This document shows, in pieces, positions 18,401-27,502 of a DNA stretch of 43,204 bases (within the stretch, counting starts at the first letter, position 1; every line of letters begins with the position of its first letter). A program made the translations under genes and the position numbers. The stretch is from Thermofilaceae archaeon. Its GTDB lineage: Archaea; Thermoproteota; Thermoprotei; Thermofilales; Thermofilaceae. The notes beneath the pieces are model-generated. The model did not search any database and was not told the DNA's origin. It saw only the letters and a list, made by a program, of their open reading frames with translations. The stretch lies in contig JAVYWK010000016.1 in assembly GCA_038727095.1 (NCBI GenBank), positions 1-43,204 of the forward strand, written 5' to 3'.

Positions 18401-19977
18401 TGCTGGGCGATATGCTAGACGTTCCAACGATTGAAATGTTGAGGGCTATCGTTGGCGAGAAAGGCGTCGTGAGCCCACGGGTAGTCTACTACTCGCCATC
18501 AGTGATCAACCTAGGACCCTACGCCCTCGCTTTATCGCATAACGTCAGCATCCCCGTACCAGCCGCTTTGGGCCTTACACCTGAAGCGGCTTCCCTATTA
18601 CTACGCAACGCGATGGTTAGAGGGCTTCCGAAGCCGTTCTTCAGCGAGGAGCAGCCCGCCATTGTGCTGCCGGTATCGATGGCTAACCAGCTGGGCGTGG
18701 ACGTGGGCGATGAAATCGAACTGTACGGTATGAAGTTCGTTGTAACAGGCATCTTCTCGGAGACCGCGATGGACGCGTTGAAAGACCCCGACGGTAGAAG
18801 GCTCGCTCCCGTTGACTCCATCTACTACGCCCAGCTCCACGGCTTCGCCGTCCCGTTGGGTGGTGCGATAGTACCCCAACCGTACGCGTGGAGCAGAGTC
18901 GTGATCATACCGAGCGGCGTAGCGATGAAACTGGGCGGAAGGGTCTCCGTGGTGGACATCCTCCTCAACCCCGACGTAGGAGAGGAAGAGTTTGAGAAGA
19001 TCGCTCACGAGATAGCTTACGCCGTTGACGCTCTGTGCTACGGACAGAGGAAGGATGGCTCTGTGATCGCCTACTCAAGGTTCCCAACGTACATGGCTCT
19101 AGGTTGGGAGATGATGGTGGTGCCCTTTGCGATCACCTCGCTGAGCATCGTAGTCTCCTTGCTAGGCAGCATTAAAGAGCGAACGAGAGATCTCTTCACC
19201 TACAGCAGCGTGGGGTTATCCCCGAGTGGGGCCATGCTCATGTTCATAACGGAGTTCGCTGTCTACGGGTTCATGGGTTCGACGCTCGGATACTTCGCTG
19301 GGTGGGCGCTGAGCAAGGTGATGAGGGCCGTGGGCGTGCTACCTGTAACGTTCGTTTTTAACTACGCATCCGTAGCAATCTCGCTCGTACTCTTCCTAGT
19401 GCTGCTGTCTACGCTGGCTGCAGCAGCCTATCCCTCGTACTTAGCCTCAAGGATAATCACGCCCTCACTTGAGAGGAAGTGGAAGGTTCCAAGGACGCCG
19501 CGAGGTTCTCTATGGGACATTCCACTACCATTCCGAGTCCCTACGGAGAGGGAGGCACAGGCCGTGCTGCTGTACTTGCAGGAGTACTACCTGGGGGCTG
19601 GCTACGAGAAGCGCTTATTCAAAGTTTCCTCTGATCCAAAGGTGGATATCAAGGAGAAGAAGCTCGTAGTCAATATCAGGTTGTACCCGTACGATGCTGG
19701 AACCGAGCAGGAAGTGAACCTTTACTTTGTCAAAGAGAGGGTTGGCGGATGGAGAGCTGCTGTGAGCTTGAGGCTACTCAAAGGTCTCGGTAATGTCTGG
19801 ACGGGGCCCTCGCAGTACGGCTACCTAGACGACTTGAGGAAGCAGATGCTGCTCTGGGGAACGCTACCTTCGTCTGAGCGAGCCAAATACATAAGAAGGG
19901 TCTACGAGCTCCTTGCGGAGAGCGGGGAGGTGATGAAGCCCGATCGAGCGATCGGTGAACGAGAGCCTAAGAGCTGA
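15496..19977 (+). CDS. Large membrane protein: signal peptide, M28/PA peptidase-like ectodomain, MacB/FtsX-type permease
   Basis: Signal VLLALALILLITPLLASA; LGPRAPGYPG, PA-like APLVYVGKGGLEEFDGKPVNGSIVVM, HNVLVEIPG..VAHFD; NMRKRPLRSILT; LGVDVGDEI; ERTRDLFTYSSVGLSP..FITE. ATG 15496 follows GGTGA; the ORF track starts at 15478. Confidence 0.85.
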   Translation: MLGHRVLLALALILLITPLLASAQEGVNPVQAAVRKSLREYNYTRVLELAERIASLGPRAPGYPGYERALRLIVNEVEALNLTYTVQNFTIIAPVETESYVEVLEPHHLVLRAYSLWPHGGIAAGAGVKEAPLVYVGKGGLEEFDGKPVNGSIVVMEYDGSGGNWLNALRFGAKAVIFLGGGNPQREALGKFDPITPVPFVRLYLEPEEAAALRELLRRGSARARVRTDMELRDVTGHNVLVEIPGTEKEDEIIAFVAHFDAWCVAPGLANSTEEAISAAALLELMRYLALNRPPRTAWFLFTSGHWNGLTGPRYFIENFILRRPDLIRGERTIWYIMGLDISADIPVASLIYVGHFYQTSGRTFITTKFYWLQGMVNTYAGLVGEYLNETGLPRSAALQNAIRMLGAVRPIDLTHGPEWMWSSTMSKPYVLDTEPFVIAGMAAFTLRTSYSYRPFEGEPVSDLPYVRSNFEDRVVPQLASAVMIASALLNEPTIGVMKSLILPTRRHPLLYWGFLQLQVQVLQYNITKGWYDPAPYAIVRVSRWSSYPFAWMLTRADHNGTALIYGVTPQGLNAWYVEAWKIVNETWMIAPAWGMRSGGPTWINLLVERGYTSTYVMPMNVRVLVDLYNPTLMRRTLDDPRYASSNVWAGGGAWPTVFETSTGITPLYTFVSSNERSGMYLVFASYVQNVTVTLSIGARWPTGIAIEAEKTLWALDYAVGTYTIAAQRYSVLSEREVRRLSADLMIGYAEHYLSRAVNALRNNTWSAAFRNSLAAWSFASRTYSSEVMPLYEECIRSAVTLVPFIIVTGYFLERLLTKGEGLRMIFNVLAFQIALFVIYAFTHPAFWVVPSTLLAALAIGMLILMSIVLWIFYREASDIVSRVAAQLLGYHEVVTERTAAMLMAVSLSTENMRKRPLRSILTLIPIAVFAMALVSLASVSPYTAVLPKPMELVTANFYGFTVKRAYAVLGDMLDVPTIEMLRAIVGEKGVVSPRVVYYSPSVINLGPYALALSHNVSIPVPAALGLTPEAASLLLRNAMVRGLPKPFFSEEQPAIVLPVSMANQLGVDVGDEIELYGMKFVVTGIFSETAMDALKDPDGRRLAPVDSIYYAQLHGFAVPLGGAIVPQPYAWSRVVIIPSGVAMKLGGRVSVVDILLNPDVGEEEFEKIAHEIAYAVDALCYGQRKDGSVIAYSRFPTYMALGWEMMVVPFAITSLSIVVSLLGSIKERTRDLFTYSSVGLSPSGAMLMFITEFAVYGFMGSTLGYFAGWALSKVMRAVGVLPVTFVFNYASVAISLVLFLVLLSTLAAAAYPSYLASRIITPSLERKWKVPRTPRGSLWDIPLPFRVPTEREAQAVLLYLQEYYLGAGYEKRLFKVSSDPKVDIKEKKLVVNIRLYPYDAGTEQEVNLYFVKERVGGWRAAVSLRLLKGLGNVWTGPSQYGYLDDLRKQMLLWGTLPSSERAKYIRRVYELLAESGEVMKPDRAIGEREPKS

Positions 19978-19979
19978 TC

Positions 19980-20912
19980 CTACCCCGGTTGGCGTAGCGT
20001 AACCTTTACACCGGTGATCTTTTCAAGCAATTTACCCTTAGATTCGAACCTCTCCTTATTCACCCGTCTGGCCACCACTGTGATCCCATCTTCGCTGAGG
20101 TAGACGCCCCAGTAATCCTCCTTCTCATACACGTTCGTGAAGGCATCGGCCAGCCGAACTACCGCAGCGAGGATTAAGCCGTTCTCTCCCAGGCTTTCTA
20201 CCGCAGGATCATTTTCCGGGTTGGTGTGTCTCCTGTGGTGTCTTATGCAGAAGGATACCAGGTCTGCATCTATGTCTCCTGGGAGAGCGTCCTCGTGCGC
20301 CATGAGCATTCGGACACCTATTTCCTCGTGCCCCCGCTCTGAGATGAACCTCCCAATGTCGTGTAGGAGGCCGGCAACGTAAAGGGACTTCAGATCGCGG
20401 TGAGTAAGCGTGCCTCTACTGACGGCTTGAGCTAGATCCAGGCTTACGTTTGCAACCGTTGAAGCATGCTCAAGCCCGGAGCCGAACTCGTATGCTTTAC
20501 CGACCCCGAAGAGTGCGTGAAGCTGCTCTAACCCTATGAGCTCCTTTAGCCTTACGTACCAGTTGAGAGTTTGCTCCTGCGCCCTGCTCAGCGAGCACTG
20601 TAGCAAGGGTTGCCCCTTGAGCGCTACTAGAAGCGCGTTCGCCAAGAAGCAGGGTCTATCATCGTCTTCCCCCAAGCCAACGACGATGACGCGGCTGCCC
20701 GCCTTCGCGAACCTGAGAGCTGTTACCGCTAGTTCGTTAAGCTCTTCCGGAGGCCTAGGGGTGAGCTGCGAGAGGGGGTATTCGAGAGTAACGGCACCGT
20801 CAAAGCTGCGTTTGCAGCTCGGCTCAACGTTGATCACGAGCGCGCCCTCTGCTTCAATTGCGTCTTCGCAACTTACTACCAACACGTGGGCTTCGGAGAG
20901 TTGTCCATTCAC
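19980..20912 (-). CDS. HD-domain protein with a degenerate phosphatase-like N-terminal domain
   Basis: EHASTV...AGLLHDIGR...HEEIG...IRHH...RLADAF is a complete HD metal-binding set. Confidence 0.8.
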   Translation of the reverse strand: MNGQLSEAHVLVVSCEDAIEAEGALVINVEPSCKRSFDGAVTLEYPLSQLTPRPPEELNELAVTALRFAKAGSRVIVVGLGEDDDRPCFLANALLVALKGQPLLQCSLSRAQEQTLNWYVRLKELIGLEQLHALFGVGKAYEFGSGLEHASTVANVSLDLAQAVSRGTLTHRDLKSLYVAGLLHDIGRFISERGHEEIGVRMLMAHEDALPGDIDADLVSFCIRHHRRHTNPENDPAVESLGENGLILAAVVRLADAFTNVYEKEDYWGVYLSEDGITVVARRVNKERFESKGKLLEKITGVKVTLRQPG

Positions 20913-20948
20913 GCGAGTGAGAAGGTCATGGTCGCAAATAAGGGTTAG

Positions 20949-22361
20949 CTACTCTCTCTTTACCACGGCTCGGGAAGGGTCGAGGGATCGCCACTCAACA
21001 CGGTATCCTAGCCTCTCCACAACCTCGGTTGCCGCGCTCCTTTCAACCCCCCTCTCTTCAAGAAGCTTCGCTACTTCCTCCAGCGTCATACCATCTAGGT
21101 CGGGTAGAGCCGATTTAATCTGTTCCAAGTCGAACTGGGGCGTCGGCTGCCCTACTCTAGGGGGAGGTACCCCCAAGTAGCGCTTCAAGATAGGGTAAAC
21201 GTCGGCACCCCTGAGCCTACGCCTGAACAATACCACGTCATGAGGTAAGTTCTCGATGGAGGAGCAGGCCAGCTCCTCGTCGACCGCGACTATGAGGTTG
21301 ATACCTCTCACCTCTCTCAGCTTCTGAAGCTTCTTCTCCAAGTACTCCTTAGTCCAAAAGCCCACAACCTCTATGTACACATTCTTCCCTCCGCACGAGA
21401 CGGAAAAATCTGGGATGAATATGCGACCACCAACAACTAGAGGCTCGGGCTCGCGCCTGACAACCCAGGCCGGTGAAAGCGCGGAGAGGCTCTTGAAGAA
21501 CTCCCGCTCCACCTCGCTATCAAATACCGGTTCCAGCTCCACCTCTTTCAGGGGGAATAACTCCGCCTTAGAGTCGTTCAACTCAAACTTGAGGACTCTC
21601 GTGCGCCCCCCAATATCCGCCCTTATATCCCAGCGGTCAGCGCGCATGATATAGGGTACAAGCTTCGCTAGACGAGTACCGTACCTTCTCGTCTGCCTCA
21701 AGAGGGATGCTGGGCCGTCGATGGTCAGCCTAACGCCGTCGCCAGCCTGTTCGGCGATATAGAGTAAGCCCAAGCTTTTTACAGCGCGTAGGAGCCGCTT
21801 CGCGGTAGCGCCATCAGATTTGAACAGTACTTCAAGCCGCAAAGCTTTGAAGAGTAGCGTTTGAACCATCGATAGATTGTACTCCTTGACAAGCTCTTCT
21901 GCTGTGAGCTGCGCCGGTTCTACGAGCTCTTCTACCATGTGCTTCGTTAGGATCTTTTCAAGCTCCTCCACACTGCATCCCAGCCTCTCTGAGACTTGAC
22001 GCAGAACCTCCTTCCTCTCATCCTCCCTAACAGCGATCCCGCACATGGCCCCAGCCTCTTCGAAGATTTCAAGCCTTGCCCTAACGGGATCCAACGTCGT
22101 TTTCACCCTCTCAAACCTCGACTCGCGAAGCGCAATCGCCGCCATGGCTCTGACAACCCTCAGATCCATCCCCGATTCCAGAGCTAGCTCCTCCAGATCC
22201 TCAAACTCCGCCATCAGATCGCTTTCGCTCTTGCCAACCCCACTCTTAATCCGGCTGAGGATTTCCTCAGCAATGGCTAGCGGTAAGCCTTCCGGCTTAA
22301 GCAAGAGGGGTTCGACCCGACCCCACCGGACTCTCGCAACTAGGAGGTTCGAGGGGAGCAA
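20949..22361 (-). CDS. bax1: Bax1 nuclease (DUF790), partner of XPB
   Basis: MLPSNLL, YNLSMVQTLLF, DGPASL..TRRYG, FDSEVE, REPEPL, IPDF, IEVVGFWTKEYLEKK; directly downstream of XPB. Confidence 0.88.
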   Translation of the reverse strand: MLPSNLLVARVRWGRVEPLLLKPEGLPLAIAEEILSRIKSGVGKSESDLMAEFEDLEELALESGMDLRVVRAMAAIALRESRFERVKTTLDPVRARLEIFEEAGAMCGIAVREDERKEVLRQVSERLGCSVEELEKILTKHMVEELVEPAQLTAEELVKEYNLSMVQTLLFKALRLEVLFKSDGATAKRLLRAVKSLGLLYIAEQAGDGVRLTIDGPASLLRQTRRYGTRLAKLVPYIMRADRWDIRADIGGRTRVLKFELNDSKAELFPLKEVELEPVFDSEVEREFFKSLSALSPAWVVRREPEPLVVGGRIFIPDFSVSCGGKNVYIEVVGFWTKEYLEKKLQKLREVRGINLIVAVDEELACSSIENLPHDVVLFRRRLRGADVYPILKRYLGVPPPRVGQPTPQFDLEQIKSALPDLDGMTLEEVAKLLEERGVERSAATEVVERLGYRVEWRSLDPSRAVVKRE

Positions 22362-22367
22362 TCTGCA

Positions 22368-23717
22368 TCACCCTTCAAGCGCGCGATGCCTCCGCCTAGA
22401 GATCGTAACCTCTTTCGTCCCTGAGGTTATAACCTCGTAGAGTACCGCGCGCTTCCCCTCCTTCGGCCTGAGGATCCTCCCCAGCCTCTGAACGAACTCC
22501 CTTCTGCTCCCGCTGCCGCTCAGTATGATCGCCACGTTAGCGTCGGGCACGTCCACCCCCTCCTCCAGCACCTTGCTAGTCACTATGGCGTGGACCCTAC
22601 CCTCCCTGAAAGCTGCGAGAACAGCTTTCCGCTCCTCCTCCGGAGTCTTGTACGTTACCTCGGGTATGAGGAAGCGGGTGGATATGACCCTGACCACGTC
22701 GCTGTGCTCAGCGAATATCAGCACCTTATCGGTGCGGTGCCGTTTCAGCAGATCCTCCAGTATCTCCAACTTAGAGGATGCGTGAAGCGCCATCCTCCTA
22801 GCCCGATACCACGCGAGCAGAGCCTCCCTCGCCTCCAAGTCCCTCACGCTCAACGATATTAATTTCTCGAATCCCCTCTCGCCGACCAGCCTTAACCCGT
22901 GCTTTCTCAGGAATCCCTTGTAGATCTTTGTGAGCCTGTTGTACAGCTCCCTTTCCTCTTCCGACATGTGCGCGTATACGCGCACCAAGTCGAACTCGGC
23001 GAGCCATTTCCCCGCCATTTCTCTTGCGTATCTCCTGTACACGACGGGCCCCACCAGGTAAGGGAGGTCGACGTGCAAACCATCCTCCCGTTCGGGCGTT
23101 GCCGTGAGCCCCATCCTCCAGGGTGCGGCACAGAGCTCCGCGATCTGCCTGTAGCCGGGGCTAGGCAGGTGGTGGGCCTCGTCGAAGACTATGAGCTCGA
23201 ATTTGTCACCGAGGTGCTCAGCGTTGATGTAGGCTGAATCGTAGGTTGAGATCGTCACGCACTCCAGCTTCTTCTCTCCACCACCGTACCTACCCGGTGT
23301 AACGTTCAGGTACCGCTTAACGTTCGCCTCCCACTGGTCCATTAGCTCCAGCGTGGGTACAACGATCAGAGTGGGACACGCCAGCTCCGCTATAGCAGCG
23401 ATGGCCACCATAGTCTTGCCCGCTCCCGTGGGTAGGACGATGATGCCGCGCCGCTCACGCTTCCAGGCCTCAAGCGCTTCGCGCTGGTAGTCCCTCAGCT
23501 CGATCCGCCGAGGGTTGATGCGGCAGGGCATCGGGTGGAGGACGTCGTCCTGGTACTGAATCCCGGCTTGGTTAAGCGCCTCCGTGATCCAACGGTACTG
23601 GATGGCGAGAGCCCGGTAGCACTTCACCCTGGGATCGAACTTGAAGAACGCAGCCACCAGAGGCGGGGGTTGGCCCCTCAGAAGTATGGTGCCGGCGCTC
23701 CACTCCAGCTTGAGCAT
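22368..23717 (-). CDS. xpb: XPB/Rad25-like SF2 DNA helicase
   Basis: LRDYQ, LPTGAGKT, FDEAHH, GLTATPERED (RED motif), VLEEGVDVP, QRLGRILR. Confidence 0.92.
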   Translation of the reverse strand: MLKLEWSAGTILLRGQPPPLVAAFFKFDPRVKCYRALAIQYRWITEALNQAGIQYQDDVLHPMPCRINPRRIELRDYQREALEAWKRERRGIIVLPTGAGKTMVAIAAIAELACPTLIVVPTLELMDQWEANVKRYLNVTPGRYGGGEKKLECVTISTYDSAYINAEHLGDKFELIVFDEAHHLPSPGYRQIAELCAAPWRMGLTATPEREDGLHVDLPYLVGPVVYRRYAREMAGKWLAEFDLVRVYAHMSEEERELYNRLTKIYKGFLRKHGLRLVGERGFEKLISLSVRDLEAREALLAWYRARRMALHASSKLEILEDLLKRHRTDKVLIFAEHSDVVRVISTRFLIPEVTYKTPEEERKAVLAAFREGRVHAIVTSKVLEEGVDVPDANVAIILSGSGSRREFVQRLGRILRPKEGKRAVLYEVITSGTKEVTISRRRHRALEG

Positions 23718-23817
23718 CCTACTCCACTCCGCTTGTACTCATAATAAGCTTCTCCCATTAGTTGGCCGAAAATGCGGGTAGAGCAGTGTTTTTAGAGGGT
23801 TGCACGTCTGGGGTCTC

Positions 23818-24813
23818 ATGGGTGTTGAGATCTACGACGTCCTCGTAGTTGGGGGCGGGATTGCCGGGTTTACGGCGGCACTCTACGCGGCCAGGCAGGG
23901 GTTAAGGACGCTCGTCGTAACCGCCGATATAGGCGGGCAGCTGCTGCTCGCGCCCGAGATACAGAACTACCCCGGTTTCGAGAGCATTAGGGGCTTCGAG
24001 CTCGCGCAGAGGGTTGAAGCTCAGGCGAGAGCCTTCGGCGCGGAAGTGGTTTTCGATGAGGTTCAGGAGATAAAGAGGGAGGGGCAGATCTTCACGGTGC
24101 GCGCTTTAAACGGTGAGTACAAGGCCCATTCGATCATCCTGGCGTGCGGTAAAGCCCCCAAGGAGCTCGGCGTCCCGGGCGAGAGAGAGCTGAAGGGGAA
24201 GGGGGTATCCTACTGCGTCGTTTGCGACGCTCCGCTGTACAGGGGCAAGGTGGTAGCCCTCATCGGGTGGGGGTACCACGGTTGGGAGAGCGTCAACGTG
24301 CTGGCTGAGTACGCTGCAAAAGTCTACTGGGTTTTCTCCGGAGAGAAGCCCTACGAGGATGAGGAAGCCATCAAGTCCGTGGTCGCTAGGGGTAACGTCG
24401 AGCTAGTGCCCAGAGCCAAGCCCATCGCTATAAGGGGTGAAAAGCGTGTTGAAGAACTAGTCGTTAAGGACACGGCTAGCGGGGAAGAAAGAGCGCTCCG
24501 CGTGGACGGAGTTTTCGTGGAGATCGGCTACGAACCTAGGACAGGGTTCCTACGGGGCTTCGTCGAGCTCAACGACAAGGGGGAGGTGGTTGTCGACAGG
24601 GAGTGCCGAACCTCCCAGCCCGGGGTCTTTGCCGCGGGAGACGTCACTGACTTGCCCTTTAAGCAGGCCGTGATCTCCGCTGGAATGGGAGCGATAGCAG
24701 CACTCTCAGCCTACAGGTACGTGATGGAGCTGAAGGGTAGGAAGGCAGCCGTGGTCAGCGACTGGCGCCACGTGAGAGCCAGAAGGGGAGGTCTCACGCT
24801 AAAGCTGGGCTAG
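23818..24813 (+). CDS. trxB: Thioredoxin-reductase-like flavoprotein with atypical pyridine-nucleotide site
   Basis: VVGGGIAG, GGQL, NYPG, GVSYCVVCDAP, TSQPGVFAAGD; start at ATG 23818. Confidence 0.85.
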   Translation: MGVEIYDVLVVGGGIAGFTAALYAARQGLRTLVVTADIGGQLLLAPEIQNYPGFESIRGFELAQRVEAQARAFGAEVVFDEVQEIKREGQIFTVRALNGEYKAHSIILACGKAPKELGVPGERELKGKGVSYCVVCDAPLYRGKVVALIGWGYHGWESVNVLAEYAAKVYWVFSGEKPYEDEEAIKSVVARGNVELVPRAKPIAIRGEKRVEELVVKDTASGEERALRVDGVFVEIGYEPRTGFLRGFVELNDKGEVVVDRECRTSQPGVFAAGDVTDLPFKQAVISAGMGAIAALSAYRYVMELKGRKAAVVSDWRHVRARRGGLTLKLG

Positions 24814-24928
24814 ACTCTGGAACCAAGTGGAGAGCGCTTACGCCGGCCGACGGGAGGCCCGCGGTTATCGCAGCCTAGAACCCGCCGCCCTGGGGACCTG
24901 ATCCCCTTTCTCCAGCCACCGTCGAGAC

Positions 24929-26437
24929 TCAACTTTCCTCAGCCCAGCTTCTGAACAGTGGTGCTAGCTGCGCGTAGGCTTCGGTGAACCTCCTGTACAG
25001 CTCTTCGTAAGCGTCCACCAGCTCCCTGGAAGGCTCAACAACGTCTAAGACCTCTCTCCACTCAGTCAGTCTCTCCAAGCTGCTGGCGGCACCCAGCGCT
25101 ATTAAGGTCAGTGCGGCCACCCCTATGTTTGAGGCGTGTTCACCACCTTTGACGCGAACCACGGGTAGGCGGGTTGCGCTCGATACGATGCCCGCCCAGA
25201 GCTTCGACTTCAAACCCCCTCCCCCACCCACCAGTCTGCAAGGTTTATGCTCAACTTCGGCCAGTACGTCTATGATCGCCCTGATAGTCATAGCTACGCC
25301 CTCCATGAACGCCCTGATCACGTGGCCTTTCCGGTGGTCATATCGCAGACCCAGCAGGGCGCCGCGCAGGTAAGGGTCTCGGAACGGGAATCTTTCACCG
25401 GCCATGAAGGGGAGGAAAACAAGGCCTGATGCTCCTGGAGGTACTCTTTCAGCTTCTGCGCAGAGGATATCGTAAGGGTCCTCCTCTAGTAATTCGCCGG
25501 CTGTAACTTCGAGCCAGCCGAAATTGTCTCGAAGCCACCTGAGCACCGATCCGCCGTTGTTGGTGCTGCCGCCGAACGCCCAGTAGCCGTGCGCCGCGTA
25601 GTAGCAAAACAACCGCATCGCTTTCACGTCGATCACGGGTTTGCGTGAAAGCATCCTAACGACGGCCGTGGTCCCCAAGTTGAGGGCAGCATCGCAGCCC
25701 TCGATCACCCCGAGACCTAGGTTCTGCGCCGCCCCATCGAAGGTGCCGAGGACTAGGGGCGTCCCGGCCTTGACGCCGAAGAGCTCCGCTCCCCTGCCGT
25801 TTAATTCGCAGAGGACTTTTGCCCCCTCAACGGGCTCGGCAAGTTGACCCTCATCTACTTCAGCCAGCTGTAACGCTAAATCGTCCCACCTCTTGGCGGT
25901 GATGTTGAAGAGCTGGGAGCCCGACGCGTTGCCGTAATCGATGTAGGGGTCCCCCAGCGCCTTAGCTACGACGTAGTCCTTCACCAACAGGTAGCGAGAT
26001 GCCTGGGCAGCTATTTGAGGGCGCTCACGCTTGAGCCACAGGATCTTTGGAAGGGCGTAAACGAACAGCGGGGGGCAACCAGTCCTCCTGTAGAGATCGA
26101 AGGGGTCACAAGCTTGTTCAACCAATTTCACGTACGGTGCCGATCGGCAATCCATGTGCGTGAGAATGTGTGTCAAAGGCCTTAGATCCTTGTCGACGAC
26201 AAGAAGGCCGTGCTGGTAGCACGAAAGGGCCACCGCTTCAATGCTGAAGCTCTTCGCAGCTTCTTTTGAGGCGCAGCGAATCGCCGAGAGCAATTCGTCC
26301 GGTGAGTGCTCCGCTGAGCCTGGGACAGGCGAATGCAGGCTCAACTCGCGCGAGGCGACCCTGAGAACACGCCCCCTCTCGTCCACTACCGATGCCTTTA
26401 CATTCGTCGTCCCAATGTCTATTGCCAATACGTTCAT
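24929..26437 (-). CDS. FGGY-family carbohydrate kinase, gluconokinase-like
   Basis: IDIGTTNVKA, YRRTGCP, DGAAQNLG, LGTTAVVR, STNNGG, LPFMAGERFP, RAFMEGV. Confidence 0.85.
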   Translation of the reverse strand: MNVLAIDIGTTNVKASVVDERGRVLRVASRELSLHSPVPGSAEHSPDELLSAIRCASKEAAKSFSIEAVALSCYQHGLLVVDKDLRPLTHILTHMDCRSAPYVKLVEQACDPFDLYRRTGCPPLFVYALPKILWLKRERPQIAAQASRYLLVKDYVVAKALGDPYIDYGNASGSQLFNITAKRWDDLALQLAEVDEGQLAEPVEGAKVLCELNGRGAELFGVKAGTPLVLGTFDGAAQNLGLGVIEGCDAALNLGTTAVVRMLSRKPVIDVKAMRLFCYYAAHGYWAFGGSTNNGGSVLRWLRDNFGWLEVTAGELLEEDPYDILCAEAERVPPGASGLVFLPFMAGERFPFRDPYLRGALLGLRYDHRKGHVIRAFMEGVAMTIRAIIDVLAEVEHKPCRLVGGGGGLKSKLWAGIVSSATRLPVVRVKGGEHASNIGVAALTLIALGAASSLERLTEWREVLDVVEPSRELVDAYEELYRRFTEAYAQLAPLFRSWAEES

Positions 26438-27447
26438 GGCGGCTTCCTGCCAAATTTCAAGCCTCTTTCGTAAACTTCGGGGTTCGCCAGGCGCAGGGGC
26501 TTCTCGCCGCGGAAGAACCTAACCAGGTCTTCAGCGTTAGCCATGTCCATCCTGTAGAGCGCCTCCCTCGTGAAAGCCGCCACGTGGGGTGTGAGAACGA
26601 TGTTCTGAAGGGCCAAGAGGGGGCTCCCTATAGGGGGTTCACGTTCGAAAACGTCTAGGCCGGCGTAGTAGATCCTCCCCTCCACCAAAGCTTTCCGAAG
26701 GGCCTCTTCATCGATAACGGCGCCTCTGGACGTGTTCACTAGTATGGCGCCCTGCTTGACGATCGCGAGCTTCTCAGCGTTGAGGAGCCCTCTCGTCTCA
26801 TCCGTGAGCGGGACGTGCACCGTGATCACGTCGCTTTCCCTCAGTAAAGTCTCCAGGTCTACGCGCGTAGCGCCGACCCGATCGAAAGCTTCGTTTGGGA
26901 CGTACGGGTCGTAGGCTAGTACGCGCATTCCGAACCCCCCTTTCATGATCTGAGCGACCTCCCTCCCTATAGCGCCGAGCCCAATCACTCCCAAAGTCTT
27001 CCCCCTTAACTCCAACCCCACTAGGTGGACTCTAGCCCCCCATCGCCCCTCCCTTACCGCTTTATCGGCTTCAACGATCCTTCTCGCGCAAGCGAGTATC
27101 AGTGCCACTGTGTGCTCTGCCACGCTTACCTCCTCCCCGGTGTGCCTGCAGTAAGTGACGGGGATTCCGAGCTCGGTAGCGGCTGCGAGATCCACATTAT
27201 CGAGCCCTATACCGTGGCGGGCGATGATCTTCAGGTTCGCAGCCTCCAGCATAACCCTGCGTGTTATCAGTCCCCCCGCACCAAGAATGAGGGCGTCCGC
27301 GTCTCCCACCTTTCCGATCGTGGATTCCTCAGGCTCGTTTGCCTTAAGATCAACTCTCCTAATCTCATCGAAAACCTCGGAGAGAATGTGCATCGCCTCG
27401 GGCGCGTAGAGGCCGTAAGAGGCTGATGCGATTACCAGCTTTAGCAC
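26434..27447 (-). CDS. D-isomer-specific 2-hydroxyacid dehydrogenase
   Basis: ARHGIGLDNVD, SVAEH, GVIGLGAIG, HVPLT, NTSRG, LDVFEREP, TPHVA; 4-nt overlap with the kinase. Confidence 0.92.
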   Translation of the reverse strand: MLKLVIASASYGLYAPEAMHILSEVFDEIRRVDLKANEPEESTIGKVGDADALILGAGGLITRRVMLEAANLKIIARHGIGLDNVDLAAATELGIPVTYCRHTGEEVSVAEHTVALILACARRIVEADKAVREGRWGARVHLVGLELRGKTLGVIGLGAIGREVAQIMKGGFGMRVLAYDPYVPNEAFDRVGATRVDLETLLRESDVITVHVPLTDETRGLLNAEKLAIVKQGAILVNTSRGAVIDEEALRKALVEGRIYYAGLDVFEREPPIGSPLLALQNIVLTPHVAAFTREALYRMDMANAEDLVRFFRGEKPLRLANPEVYERGLKFGRKPP

Positions 27448-27502
27448 AGCGGTGGATACCTACGAGGGTTAAGTATATTTTGCGCCTTCAAGGGGCGAAG
27501 AG

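Noticed and set aside
20949-23717. Helicase plus nuclease pair as a possible new defence system
   Set aside because: Matches the known archaeal XPB-Bax1 repair pair.
24814-24928. GC-rich 115-nt gap between convergent genes with a GGGGA/TCCCC stem and degenerate box-like words
   Set aside because: No tRNA cloverleaf and no complete C/D or H/ACA architecture that I can support.
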